Positions 22,884 to 36,729 of a stretch of DNA of 64,000 nt are shown one piece after another; within the stretch, counting starts at the first letter, position 1; every line of letters starts with the position of its first letter. Source of the DNA: Lama guanicoe (Eukaryota); NCBI GenBank assembly GCA_013239625.1, contig MU053588.1, forward strand, positions 2,614,508 through 2,678,507, written 5' to 3'. Under the pieces are notes generated by a model, which ran no database searches, was not told where the DNA came from, and worked only from the letters and a program-made list of their open reading frames with translations. The translations under genes were made by a program, and so were the position numbers.

Positions 22884-24059
22884 CTGTAGACACAAGTGAA
22901 TCTCCTACCGAAATTTTCCAAGAGCCTGTGGATTATTTTAACCATATTATGTACAAGGAGTTTATATTGATTTACTGTAGTGCACAGGCAATTATGCTAT
23001 CCTCCCAGAGTAAATCTGTAATTATTCTGTAACAACTGTGTTGCATCATTTCTTTTCTAGGAAGCTTTGTAAATTTTTTGAAATTGAGAAAGTAATATTT
23101 GACCAGTAAAGTTGAAATTGTCAGCAAAAAAACCAGGAAGGTTTTTTTCTGTTTTCTGTTTTTTGTTTTTTATTGCAAACCTGTTTTCTAAAAGAGCTAA
23201 GGTTTTCTGTTTTGTTTTGTTTTGTTTTGTTTTGTTGTTTTTATGGTTCCTTCTTTAACAAAACTAGTAGAAATAATAAGGATGAAAGAAAATGACTTTA
23301 TATGAAAATAGGATATATGTTTTTGGTTCAAGGAAGTATAAATAATGAAGGTGTCTTTTTGGTAAGGGAGAAAAAAATAATTTTGTCCTAAAGAAAAAAG
23401 ATTGTTCCCGAATAAGAAAGGGAAAAGATAGGATAAAACCTAAATGGACACAGAAAGTTGTAGAAGATGGTGGAAGAGAACCTTGTGAAAGGAATTATAT
23501 GTGTGATCAAGCTGAATAAGATTGAATGGATTTGATATGGGATTTTTAAACTAAGCTTTAGTATCAACACTGTACTTACATAAAACTGGAACTTAATTGT
23601 CTTTCATCTGTTAAAAGGGCAAAGTTTGAGTGAACTATTATCTCCTGATAAGAGATTATGAAAGGATTTTCCTTACCACTTTAAGTAATCTGCTTGAGAG
23701 CAAAGATTTTATAGTGCGTCACACTGTATAGGTAGGTCTTCGGTTACGTAAGGAATTTTAGCCTTTTCAATATACATTCAAAGAGCTAAGTTTTGCTCAG
23801 AACTATGTAACTTTTTCCATTTGCCTGTGAAGTCTTTAACTAGATAACTAAGTACGGTGACACAGTGGCTTATGATTCTATTTGACCAAGTGTTTTGAAA
23901 CCTTTTGGTATTTTTACAAACTCACCCCCTACTCAATCAAGAGAACTCAAATTCTAAATGAAACCTTTTTGACCTCAGACTAATTTGGGGATTTTTTGGA
24001 GAGTCTTTGGAACATCTCAAAAGATTTGTTCTTTCTTCCTTATAAAAAGATAGATGTTA

Positions 24060-27000
24060 CAGATTTCAGTTCAAGATGGCAGAGTAATAGGACCACGAGC
24101 TCGCCTTGCCCCATGACTACAACAAAACCACAACTGACTTTTAAACAACCATCGGGGGAAAAAAAAGAAACTGGAACCTAGCAAAAAGGATCTTCTTCAA
24201 CTGGAAACATAAAGAGGGAACCATAGCAGGATGGTAGGAGGGGTGTGCTCGTGATATAATTGAGCCCCATACCAGGTGGTTGACCCACAAGCTGAAGAAT
24301 AGTTAACTCGAAAAGGCCCTCCCACAGGAGTGAGAGTTCTGAGCCCCACGTCAAGCTCCCCAGCTGGAGTTCTGGCAGTGGGAGGAGGAAGAGACCCCAG
24401 GACATCTGGTTTTGAAGGCCAGTGGGGCTTGGCTCTAGGAGCCCCCTGGGACTGGGGAAACAGAGACTTAGGAAGCGCACACAGAATCTTGCATGAGCCA
24501 GGCCCAAGGCAGTGATTTCATGGAAACCTGGGCCAGACCTGCCTGCTGGTTTTGGAGGGTCTCCTGGGGATGTAGGGGACGGCTGCGGCTCACCCAGGGG
24601 ACATAAAAGCTGGTAGCAGACATTCCAGGAGTGTTCATTTATATGAGCTTTCCTGGAGGCTGATATCTTGATTGGATCATTAGCACCAAGACCAAGCACC
24701 AACCAACAGCCCATAGCCCCACCCAACAGCTGGGATGCCTCAGGCCAAACAACCTACTGAGTTGGAACAGCCCCACCCATCAGCAGACTCCCTGAGGCTC
24801 TAGACACGATCCTACCCACAAGAGGTCCAGTACTAAGCTTCACCCAGCAGTGTGCAGACACTGCTCCCTCCTGCCAGGAAACCTGCATAACCCTCTAGTC
24901 CAGCCTCATCCACCAGGGGGAAGATACCAGAAATAAGAAAACAACAATCCCAGTGCCTGTGTAAGGAATCCACAAACACAGGCCAGACTCTACATTGAGA
25001 CCAGCTGGAACCCGGCCCTTGGGTGACAAGAGAGAGGTGTTCTGCTGGGATGCATAGGACAACCCACAGAGGGCCACATCTCCAAAGTCAATGTAACTAA
25101 CCTACCTAAAAATTCAAATAGAAACATAGACAATATGAGGCAGCAGAGGAATATCTTCCAGGCCAAGGCACAAGATAAAAATCCCAGAAGAAAAAATAAG
25201 TGATGAGGGGATAGGCAATTTATGCAAGAAAGAGTTTAGAATAATGATGGCAGAGATATTTAGAGAACTCAAGAGGGATATAGATGCACAGAACAAAGTT
25301 TTTAGCAAAGAGTTAGAAAATATAAAGAATACCCAAACAGAGTTGAAAAATAAAATCACTGAAATGAATAACACACTAGAAGGAACCAAGAATAGACTAA
25401 ATGAGACAGAAGAATGGATCAATGAGCCAGAAGACAGATTAGTGGAAATCACTACTGCAGAACAGAAAAAAAGAAAAAAGAATGAGAAGAAATGAGGATA
25501 GTTTAAGAGAACTCTGGGACAACATGAAGCATGCTAATATTTGCATTATAGGGGCCCCAGAAAGAGGAGAGAGAGAGAAAGGACCTGAGAAAAATTTTGA
25601 AAATATAATGACCAAAAACTTTCCCAACTTGAGAAAGGAAACAGTCACCCAAGTCCAGGAAGTGCCAAGAGTTCCACACAGGATCTACCCAAAGAGGAAC
25701 ATGTGGAGGCACATGGTAATCAAATTGACAAAAAATAAGCATAAGTAGAAAATATTAAAATCAGCAAGAGAAAAGCAATGTATAACATAGAAGGGAACTC
25801 CCATAAGGTTATCAGCTAATTTTTCAGCGGAAACTCTACAGGCCAGAAAGGAGTGACATGATATATTTAAAGCGATGAAAGGGAAAAACTTACAACCAAG
25901 AATACTCTACCCAGCAAGGCTGTCATTCAGATTTGATGGAGAAATCAAAAGCTTCACAGATAAGCAAAAGCTAAAAGAATTCAGCACCACCAAACTAGCT
26001 TTACAAGAAATGTTAAAGGAACTTCTCTAGTCATCAAACCACAAGAAAAGAGAACAAAAAGAATAAAGAGAAAAAAAAAAAAAAGCTACAAAAGATTGCT
26101 TTGGCAGTTTGGGGTCTTTTATGGTTCCATATACATTTTGGAATTGTTTGTTCTAGTTCTGTGAAAAATGTCGTGGGTTTGTTAGCAGGAGTTGCACTGG
26201 ATCTGCAGATTGCTTTGGGTATTATGGCCAGTTTGATAATGTTGATTCTTCCAATCCAAGAGCACAAGATGTCTTCCCATTTCTTTATATCATAATCAAT
26301 TTCTTTCATCAATGTTTTAGTTTTCAGATTATAGGTAACCTCCTTGGTTAGGTTTATTTCTAGGTATTTTGTTGTTTTTGATGCAATGGAAATGTTTATG
26401 CCAGTTATAAAGTTCTGGTTTTTGAGCTGGGAAAAAAAAAGTGAATGAAGGGCCACAAATGGCAAAACATCCTTTTTTATGGGTGAGTTGTATTCCATCG
26501 CATATACGTGCTATAGCTTTTTTATCCATTCATCTATTGATGTGCACTTAGGATGCTTCCATGTCTTGGCAACTGTAAATAGTGCTGCTGTTAATAGCAG
26601 GGTGTATCTCTTTGAATTAATGTTTTTGTTTTTCTTAGCTGTATGCCCAGGAGTGGAATTGCTGGGCCATGTGGTGGTTCTGTTTTTGGATTTTTGAGAA
26701 ACCACTATATTGTTTTCCATAGTGGCTGCACCAATTTACATTACCACCAACAGTGCACAAAGGTTCCCATTTCCTCACATCCTTGCCAACATTTGTTATT
26801 TGGGGTTTTTTTTGTTTGTTTGTTTGTTTGTTTTTTGATGATGGCCATTCTGACAGGTGTAAGATGGTATCTAAGTGTGATTTTGATTTGCATTTCCCTG
26901 ATATTGGTGATGCTGAGCAGCTTTCCAAGTTCCTGTTGGCCATCTGCATTTCCTTTTTTTGAAAAATGTCTGTTCAGTTCTTCTGCCCATATTTTAAATA

Positions 27001-27497
27001 GGCTGCTTGGCTGGTTGTTTGCTTTTTAATTGAAGTACAGTTGATCTAAAAAATGTTGTATTAGTTTCTGGTGTACAGCATGGGTGGAATTGGAGGGCAT
27101 TATTCTAAGTGAAACAATTCAGACAGAGAAAGACAAATACTGTAAGATATCACTTACATGTAGAATCTAAAAAAAAATACAACAAACTAGGAATATAACA
27201 GAAAAGAAACAGAGTCACAGATGTAGAGAAGGAACTAGTGGTTACCAGGGGGAGAGGGAAGGGGGAAGGGAAAGATGGAAGTGGAGGATTAAGAGGTACA
27301 AACTATCAGGCATAAAATAAACTTCAAAGATGTACTGTACAACATGGGGAATAGGGCCAATATTTTATAATAACTACAAATGGAGTATAACCTTTAACCT
27401 TCACTATATTGTATGCCTGTAACATATAATATTGTCAATCAACTATACTTCAATTTTTAAAATATGATATTGTAAAATAAATAAATAAATAAAGTTT
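24060..27497 (+). mobile_element. Rearranged decayed LINE-1 (5'UTR + ORF1, inverted ORF2 pieces, 3' end)
   Basis: caagatggc start; decayed ORF1 ~25135-26030; minus-strand ORF2 pieces 26093-27000; plus-strand 3' end from ~27080; diverged TSD aaaaagatagatgtta (24044) / aaaaagagaggtgtta (27498). Confidence 0.8.
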
Positions 27498-29534
27498 AAA
27501 AAGAGAGGTGTTAAAATAATTAGGCTTCTTAGATACCTTAAATTGCATGGGAAGCATTGTCATATAAGTGATGCTAAACCTTTATTAGATTATTGTTGTG
27601 TAGATATATGTTATTTACAGAAGTATTCCAGAAATTATATGAAATTCCTAGAAATATATATCCTGGTATGTTTTCACTTGTAATTCTAGTTATATCTTGA
27701 AGTGCTATGTGTCACAGAAATAGCCAGATTTCTTTTTCAACTGCGACTCTCATCAGATCTTCAACTGTGGCCATTTTTAAGTCTTTTGTCATTTACAGTT
27801 ATTATTTTCTTCTAATGCCTTAGTAAAGTATTCCTGCAAAAGTGCTTTGTCTTCAGAGAGATACATGGAAAGGACTCTGAAAGTACCCTAAAATACGGGT
27901 TTCTGATAACTTTTCAGATAGTATCAGTGAACTAAGGAAGAATTTACAGAACTGTAACAGGGAAGTTGATGGCTTCATAAAACTTCTAACAAAAGTTCAA
28001 GATCAATAAGAATCAATTACACAGGGTGAAATGAACTGAGAATGAGGATTATAATTATTTTTATGACTTAAAATGTAAACATTGGGTTTTTTTAGATGTT
28101 TTGATTTTCCAGACTAAGAAAACTTTCTCCTGAGCTATGACTTACAGCAATTTGATGAAATGTATCTTTGCAAAGATAAAGCATTTACTTTTTCTCTCTG
28201 CCTAATCCCTCCAGCATTCAGAAACTCTCAGTGTGTATTCTTATTTTCATGGCAATATAGTTGTTTGCATGAATCCAATAAGAATCTATTCTCCTTGTAA
28301 CAGGACACAATTGGAAACATTGGTCATGTTACCAAGGCTTTGACTGGACTCTTATATTTAAGAAAGGTATGTGTAGACTCAGACAGGACCAGACAACTTT
28401 ATGGAACTAAGATTGGACCAGTAAAGAATCTTGGAAAATTGACCTGATATCTTACTTGCAGGATTCCTGGCAGGTGAGAATAAGGTCACTTCCTAGGAAG
28501 TGCAGGAAACTCAGGATATTTGGGGGACTTGCGAAGAGAGGAATTCACTCAAATCTATAGTTACTGCAGGCAAAGTCTGATGGCAAGTATTTGGCTTGGC
28601 TCCTTAGCCTCAAAATTCTTTTATAAGTCTAATGTGCTATTCCTTGTGAAAAGTTCCAGCAAAGCAGATTAAAAGATTCTATATGGTTAATGATTATTCT
28701 TGCTGCACTTATGTAAATAATTTAGCCCAGTTTATTGAAACTAGACTTAATTTGCAAACAAATTAGTCTTATTATGATTATCTTTGATAGAAATGGGGGT
28801 GATTGTAGAGAGAAAACATCCTGTTTCAGTAATAAATTTCATGGGTATCAAATTCTAATTCTGTTAATTATCTTTGAGGTTTTGTTTTCTGCCTGTAAAC
28901 TGGACTTGATCTTGGATTCTTTTGGTTTTCTCAAAATTTGGCTACAACATTCCAAACTAACATTTCTAATTTCTTCCCCAATCTTCTGACTTGAAAACAT
29001 TAAGAACTAAAACTGCCCTTTTTCTAAAGCTTTGCAAACTAAAGTTGGACAACTTGATATAAACTTTAGAGGAATCACCCCAACAGCTCATGTGCAGACA
29101 ATTTTCATGCCTGTTTCTGTGTAAGCGATACAAACGATAACCCGAGACACTGAAACTGCAAACTGGGAAGACCTGTCAAATTGCCACCATCTGCCTTCAC
29201 TCTATCTGAAGAATGTTTCACATCTGATACCTAGAAATATTCCTGACTGGCTGCCTTTAGAACTTAGAAACTGATTTATAATTTGCTTTAATCATTAACC
29301 ATTGTTTTTCTTTAGTTTCCACAGGAGTGTCTTGTTAAACACCTAATTTCACGCACAATATAGACCTAACTTTGGGAACACTGTTGCATCACCACCTCCT
29401 AAAATGAGACATGATTGCTTAACTGAACTGATGTACTTTCAAAACTACGAGATTAATTCGATGAAATAATGGAGCAATCTATCGGCTCGGCTTTTCCTAC
29501 GTGAAATTTCCAGGGAAGTTTCAGAGGAGGGAAC

Positions 29535-30044
29535 TGATGGGGCTGAGGGTAGCCCACCCCCAAAATATGCCGAACTGGCATATTGATTATTTTGAATTAA
29601 AATTACTCAAGAAACAGTCAGTACAAGAAGAACACTCTGACACTCTTTTGTTCTCCTGAAAGTAGGGAGGGAAAAAAAAAAGCTCCCATGGGAAGGTATC
29701 TTCCACATGCTGGGAAGATGGAGGGCATCCTTGTTCTGGAATTAAAGAATCTGAGGCAGAGAAATCTATATAAGCAGTCTTTATTACTTCTTCATTAATT
29801 TGCTACTCCAAGCAAAAACCCCTTTGTTTTGTCAAATCTTCACCAAAAAAATAAGTCTTTTTCTAAAAAGAAATATAAATAGCCTGCTTCAGTCGTTTCT
29901 TAGGTCCCATACCTATGAGACCTGTGTTATGTATGACATTAAATTCGTCTGTTACTCTCCTGTTAATCCATCTCAGGTCAGTTTGATTATATCAAGCCAG
30001 TCAAAAGAACCAGAATGGTTGAGGAAATTTTTTCCTCCCCTACA
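29535..30044 (+). mobile_element. 3' LTR of the ERV
   Basis: Preceded by purine tract; ends cccctaca; followed by TSD cttt. Confidence 0.85.
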
Positions 30045-30432
30045 CTTTATAATGAATGATTTACAAGAGGCAAAGTCTCTGATAGATTGTCAAGTGCTGA
30101 GCTCACTAAAAACAAAGTAATTTGTAAACAGCAGTATGTTTGTTGCTGATAACCATTGTTAATAAGCAATTAAAAGTAATTCTCAAGAGTGTACCTTGTG
30201 AAGGACATGATCACCTCAGAAATGGTCTTGAACATCCTGACGCATTTTGTCGCCAAGTGTCAGGCACAGAGCAGAGGCCCAACAAGTGTTTGTTGAATGA
30301 ATAAATATCTTGTAAACTCTAAAGTACTTTGAAAACTCTAGAATGATTTTAAATATGAGCCCATAAATTACATTAGCTATACTATAGATTGTAATGTATG
30401 AGGTTTGATAATCCCTGATTGATTGTAGACTG

Positions 30433-30807
30433 TGTTAAAATCAAGGACCAACAGAGATCAATCTTGAAAATTCCCTGAGCAAACAAGCCAGTTTAGTCAT
30501 CCAAACAAAGCTTAACTTATCTTATTTTGCAAGCATAAGGAAAACTTGAACTGTTTCCCAAGGTTGATATCAGGTAACCACTAAAAATTCAAATGTTATA
30601 ATTCATCACTGCAAAGAAAAAATAGTCACCACTTTCTCACTATAATAAGCTGCTTTATACCAACGTATCCCTGAACCTCATTCCATGTTTTGTTTTGAGT
30701 GCTCCACGTTTGCAAACTCTATTTTTGGTATGTGAACAGCGAACATTACCAATTTTTTACTACAGTGATTCATTGATTTTACTTTGGCTGTTTCTGCACC
30801 TTTGACA
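30433..30807 (+). mobile_element. Probable solo LTR
   Basis: TG...CA bounded ~375-bp segment with LTR-like composition interrupting the AT-rich array; family not identified. Confidence 0.4.
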
Positions 30808-31140
30808 ATTATAAAGTATTTTGTCATTTTTATGCCCTCGGACATCTATAGGACAGTGTTGGCAGGTTTTGTTGGAAAATACCTAGATGCTTAGAAATTG
30901 CCAGTTTATTTCTAAAATCCTGCATACACACTGAAGTGGTTTAAGACGGCCAACTACATGGTGAAGCATAAAATATTTGGTGAAGCGTAAAAGACTTTTA
31001 AAACAGTTAATGGTTTTTTAAATCAATTCTGCTAAAGTGATTTGTAAATGACAAAGTATTTGTAAATGGCTGTGTATATTTTACAATTAGTTTTAAAGCA
31101 GAACCGCAAATACAGAGGGATGCTTATAAAGTTATCTGTT

Positions 31141-31418
31141 GAGATGTAGAAAACAAACTTATGGTTACCAGGAGGGGAACGGGGTAGGGAGGGATAAATT
31201 GGGAGTTCAGGATTTGCAGATACTAACTACTATGTATAAAATAGATAAACAGTAAGGTCCTACTGTATAGCACAGGAAAACTATATTCAATACCTTGTAA
31301 TAGCCTATAATGAAAAAGAATATGAAAAGGAAAATATATGTATGTATAGAACTAAAGCACTATGCTTTACACCAGAAATTAACACAACGTTGTAAATTGA
31401 CTATACTTCTATAAAGAA
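31141..31418 (+). mobile_element. 5'-truncated L1 3'UTR
   Basis: TSD ataaagttatctgtt at 31126 and 31419. Confidence 0.88.
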
Positions 31419-31498
31419 ATAAAGTTATCTGTTATTTTTGACTGTGGGGGGTGTGGAAGGGGTCAGTGCCCCCAACCTCCCACATTGTTCAAGGGTCA

Positions 31499-31538
<40 letters not shown>

Positions 31539-32707
31539 TCCTGTCTCTTGGACTCTCCTTTCAATGTGATACTGACATGTCACCACTGAGATGCCACCTC
31601 TTTTCTCTACCCTTCAGTCTGGGTGAATTTGTAACTATCTTGACCAATAGAATGCAGTGGAAGTGATGCTGCATGACTTCCAAGGCTAGGTCGTGAAAGG
31701 CAGTGCAGTTTCCACTTGACTCGCTCCCTGGACACTTTGATCTGCCCTCCACTCATTGACTCCCCATGAGACTGGCTGAAGCAACTTGGTCTCATCCCTT
31801 CTGGAGAATCCGTTGTTTGCTCCATTAGCTTTTCCCAAACAACCTCAATTCCACATAGCACAACCGTAGGCCAGAGCCCTTGGCAGAAGGACCAATGCCC
31901 TATTTTCCTCCTAAATTTATAGCACAACTTTCACAACTCTCCTGGCCACATCCTCCATTAGAGTCTGAATCCTGCTGTTTGTGGCTCCAACAGGAACACT
32001 CTTTAGCTCCATGTGGCCCTCAAGCACATCCTCTTCCCTCAGCTGTTAGGGTATAGCCTGGATTGTCTAAAGACCAGTAATCTGAGATGCAATGAGCCCC
32101 CTCTCCCCACTCCAGCCCCGAGCCTCCTTTCTGAGCACCGGGACCTGTAAGGCATATTGCCTGCCCGGATCTGAGGCAGAGGATAGAATGGGGAAAGGGA
32201 GGTGGTTACTTTGGCTGTTTGGAAGACCCAGTTCCCATCCATCTTCCCAAATATAAGATCTAGCTATCCCTACCATCCTTCTCTGTGAAAAGGCCTGACT
32301 CCACACATGCCTTGATTAAGCCCCTCAGCATGGGACGGGAGGAAAATGAAGGCATGGAGCTGATGAGAAAGCCCCCTGCCTCCATGGCACCCCAACCTTC
32401 CCACCATATAGACCAGTGTTTTCCTTGTCTAAGAGCTCAGAGTTGAAAGTCATCAGGCTGGGGTGAGAGTCAGGCTCTGACCTCAGGCCAGCGACTTCAC
32501 TCCTTTCAACCTCAACTCAAAGATAAAGACTTATTTATTTATCAGTCACTTAAATAAAACTTACTTTGTGCCACGCACTGTGCTAGCCACTCTATCAGTG
32601 CTCTCTCATTTCATTTTCAAAACCACCATTGAAGAATATCTGAGAGAGGAGGTCTGACTCCATCCTTCCAGAGCCTTATGTCCAAAGGCAGAGACTGAAG
32701 AATATGT

Positions 32708-35700
32708 AGGGAAACCTCAAGATGGCAGAGTAAAGAGGATGCAGAGCTTACCTCCCCACCAAGGAACACATCAAAAATACAACTATGTGTGGAGCAATTC
32801 TCAGTGAAAACAACCAAGATACTGGCAGAAAGGCTCTTGTACAACCAGGTATAATGAAAGATCCACACGGAGTCTGGAAGGGAGGAGAAACAATCTGGTT
32901 GGGACCTGCATCCCTAGCGTGGGACACAGAAGAGAAGGGAGATATCATGGGCTAGGGATCCTCCCTGGAGAGTGAGGAGTTCAAGCTGCATATTAGGCAC
33001 TCTGGCCCTGAGGTCCAACACTGGGAAGGCAAGTCCCCTTAGCTGATCTGAAAACTAGTGGGGCTTACTGGAGGTCTGTAAGACACTAAGACACTGCTCT
33101 TGAAGAGCATGCACACGATTGCTTATTCCTGGTTACAGCACGGAGGCAGCAGAATGAAAACTGCCTGGGGCTCTGATCAGCTTGCCGGGACTACCCCAAC
33201 ATATACCACAGCCCCAGCCCCTCATACTCTGGCAGGCTGCCATTGCCAAAGAGAATGCACACACTTAGGGGGAACAGAGCAACACTGGAGCTGACCCTGC
33301 CTCTGACAAAGGCAGAGGCAGCCTTTGCCAGTGCAAACTTCCCTGCCCACTTCTAGGAGGAGTGAAAGTAGCTCCAGGGCAGAGACCCACATTGCAGGTG
33401 GGAGCAAAACCAGTTCAGTAGTGAGGCACCAAGCCTTCTGGTCCTGATCCAGCCTCTAATCAAGGTGTGCACACTGGGGGAAAAGTGAAACCAGTACAAA
33501 AGTGCAGCCTCAAGCCCTCAGGCCCCTGCCATGACCCCAGTCAAGACAAAGAATGCCCACATATACATCGGAGAAACCCAAACCTCAGAGCTTCTGCTCC
33601 AGCACCTTGGACCTTGACCCAGTCCCCAGTAGTGGACTGGCTGCCACTGAGCACAGGAGGAACCCAAGCTCACACCTGGCTCTGTCTCTAAGCCCTTTAT
33701 CTCCAGCACTACCTCCCACTGGCAAGTGGTAGCTGAAAGAACACCACAGGGGAGGATGTGGCCCATGCTCACTTCAGATCCACCTCTGCCACCAAAGCCA
33801 CTGGGCACATGCAGACTGCATAGGGAGTTTCCACACAAGGACATCCCTTCAAGACCAGGGTAGATAACTGTTTCACCTAATTTCATAGAGACAGAGAAAG
33901 TGAGACAAAATGAGAAGACAGAGGGGTATGTTTCTAATGAAAGAACAAGAAAAAAAACCTAAATGAAACAGAGATAAATAATTTACCAAATAAAGAGTTC
34001 AAAGCAATAGTAATAAGGCTAACTGAACTTGGGGAAAGAATAGATGAACACAGTGAGGACGTTAACAAAGAACTAGAAAATATTTTAAAAAGCACCAGTC
34101 AGAGCTGAAGAACACAGTAACTGAAGTGAAAAACAAACTAGAAGGAATTAACAGCAGACTAGGTGATATGGAAGAATGCATGAGCTATCTGGAAGATAGA
34201 ATAATGGACATCACCCAAACAGAACAGCAAAAAGAAAAACAAATTTTTAAAAGTGAGGATAGTTTAAGGTTACCTCTGGCACACCATCAAGCGTACTAAC
34301 ATTCATATTATAGGGGTCCCAGAAGGAGAAGAGAGAGAGAAAGAGGTAGAAAATGTATTTGATAAAACTATAGCTGAAAACCCAAAGCTAGAGACGGAAT
34401 AGATTTCCAAGTACAGGAAGTACAGAGAGTCCCAAAGAAGATGAACTCAAAGAGATCCACACCAAGATATAGAATTAAAATGGCAAAAGTTAAAGAATTT
34501 TAAAGGCAGCAAGAGAAGAACAAAGAGTCACGTATAAGGGAACCCTCATAAGGCTATCAGCTGATTTTTCCACAAAACTTTTGCGGGCCAGAGGGAGTGG
34601 TATAATAAATTTGTTCAGTGATGAAAGAGAAAAACTTACAACCTAGGATACTCTACCCAGCAAGGTTATCATTCAGAGTTGAAGGAGAGATAAAGAGCTT
34701 CGCAGACAAGTAAAAACTAATAGAGTTCATCAGTACTAAACTGACCTTACAAGAAGTGTTAAAAGATCTTCTTTAAGTGAAAAAGAAAAGTTCATAATGA
34801 GAAGTATGAATTTATAGGGAAGGAAAAATCCTACTCGTATAGGAAAGGCTGTGGATCAACCAATTAAATAAGTCAGTATGCAGGTTAAAAGACCAAAAAC
34901 ATTGTAAAATCAACTATAATTATAATAAACAGTTAAAGGGTAGACATGAAGATGTAAAATATGACATGAAAAAACACAAAACGTGAGGGAAGGGAGTGAA
35001 AAAATGTAGATCTTTTAGAATGCATTTGATTTTTTTACCTTTTTAAAAAATATATTTTTATTGAAGTATAGTCATACAATATTATGCAAATTTCTGGTGT
35101 ACAACATAATATTTCAGTTGTATAGGAACATACATATATTCATTTTCATATTCTTTTTCATTATGGGTTACTACAAGATATTGAATATGGTTCGCTGTGC
35201 TATACAGTATAAACTTGTTTATCTATTTTATATATATTAGTATCTGAAAATCTCAAACTCTCAATTTATCCCTTCCCATCTCCTTACCTCTCTGGTAACC
35301 ATAAGTTTCTTATCTATGTCTGTGAGTCTGTTTCTGTTTTGTAAATAAATTCATTTTTTTTTAAGATTCCACATATAAGTTATATCATGTGGTATTTTCT
35401 TTCTATTTCTGGCTTACTTCACTTAGAATGACAATCTCCAGTTTCATCCATGTTGTTGCAAATGGCATTATTTTATTATTTTTTATGGCTGAGTAGTATT
35501 TCATTGTATAAATACAACACAACTTCTTTATCCAGTTATCTGTCGATGGACATTTAGGTTATTTCCATGTCTTAGCTATTGTAAATAGTGCTGCTATGAA
35601 CATTGGGGTGCATGTGTCTTTTAGAATTAAGTTTCCTTCTGAATATATGCCCAGGAGTAGGATTACTGGATCATATGGTAAGTTTATTTTTAGTTTTTTG

Positions 35701-36700
35701 AGGAATCTCCATACTGTTTTCTATAATGGCTGCACCAAACTACATTCCCACCAACAGTGTAGGAGGGTTCCCTTTTCTCCACACTCTCTCCAGCATTTAT
35801 TATTTGTGGACTTTTGAATGATGGCCATTCTGACTGTTGTGAGGTGATACCTCATTATAGTTTTGACTTGCATTTCTCTGATAACTAGCTATATTGAACA
35901 TTTTTTCATATGCCTATTGGCCATTCGTATGTCTTCATTGGAGAAGTGCTTGTTTAGATATTCTGCCCATTTTTGGATTGGGTTGTTTGTTTTTTTCTTA
36001 TTAAGTTGTATGAGCTGTTTATATATTCTGGAGATTAAGCCCTTGTCAGTCTCAACTTTTGCAAATATTTTCTCCCATTCCATAGGTTGTCTTTTTATTT
36101 TGCTTATGGTTTCCTTTGCTGTGCAAAAGCTTGTAAGTTTAATTAGGTCCTATTTGTTTATTTTTGCTTTTATTTCTATTGCTTGGGTAGATTGCCCTAG
36201 GAGAACGATGTTGAGATAATAAATTAGATAATGTTTTGCCTATGTTTTCTTCCAAGAGGTTTACAGTGTCTTGTCTTATGTTTAAGTCTTCACGCCATTT
36301 TAAGTTTATTTTTATGTATGGTGTGAGGAAGTAGTCTAACTTCACTGATTTACATGCAGCTGTCTAGTTTTCCCAGCACCATTTGTTGAAGAGACAGTCT
36401 TTATTCCATTGTATGTTCTTGCCTCCTTTGTCAAAGATTAATTGACCAAAAGTTTGTGGGTTTATCTCTGGGCCCTCTATTCTGTTCCATTGATCCATAT
36501 GTCTGTTTTTGTGGCATTTGAATTTAAATGACTATCAGTTTAAAACAAATAGATCTAGGTATAGGTCAACACATATGAACTCCATGATAACCACAAATCA
36601 AAAACTTACCACAGATACACAAAAACTAGAAAGAAAGGAACACAAGCATAACACTAAAGAAAATTATCAGACCAGAGGAGAAGAGACTAAAAGATGAAGA
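32708..36700 (+). mobile_element. Decayed L1 5'UTR + ORF1 + inter-ORF spacer, no ORF2
   Basis: caagatggcagag start; frameshifted ORF1 ~33910-34778; spacer resumes after the nested insertion and stops near 36700. Confidence 0.8.
35030..36513 (-). mobile_element. 5'-truncated L1 (ORF2 C-terminus + 3'UTR) nested in the older L1
   Basis: Similar to 10500-11620; TSD gcatttga at 35022 and 36514. Confidence 0.9.
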
Positions 36701-36729
36701 ACACCTTCCTTTCATTACCCCGACAGACT

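Larger units (their letters stand above)
6296..30044 (+). mobile_element. Degenerate class-I (ERV1/MER4-group-like) endogenous retrovirus with nested insertions
   Basis: Homologous LTRs both start tgatggggct (6296, 29535) and end in ca; TSD cttt at 6292-6295 and 30045-30048; PBS-like tggcaccatcagcgggat at 6744; purine tract agaggagggaac before the 3' LTR; decayed gag zinc knuckle (x-RY-C-KRSR-H-QKYN-C) at 7625-7666. Confidence 0.85.
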
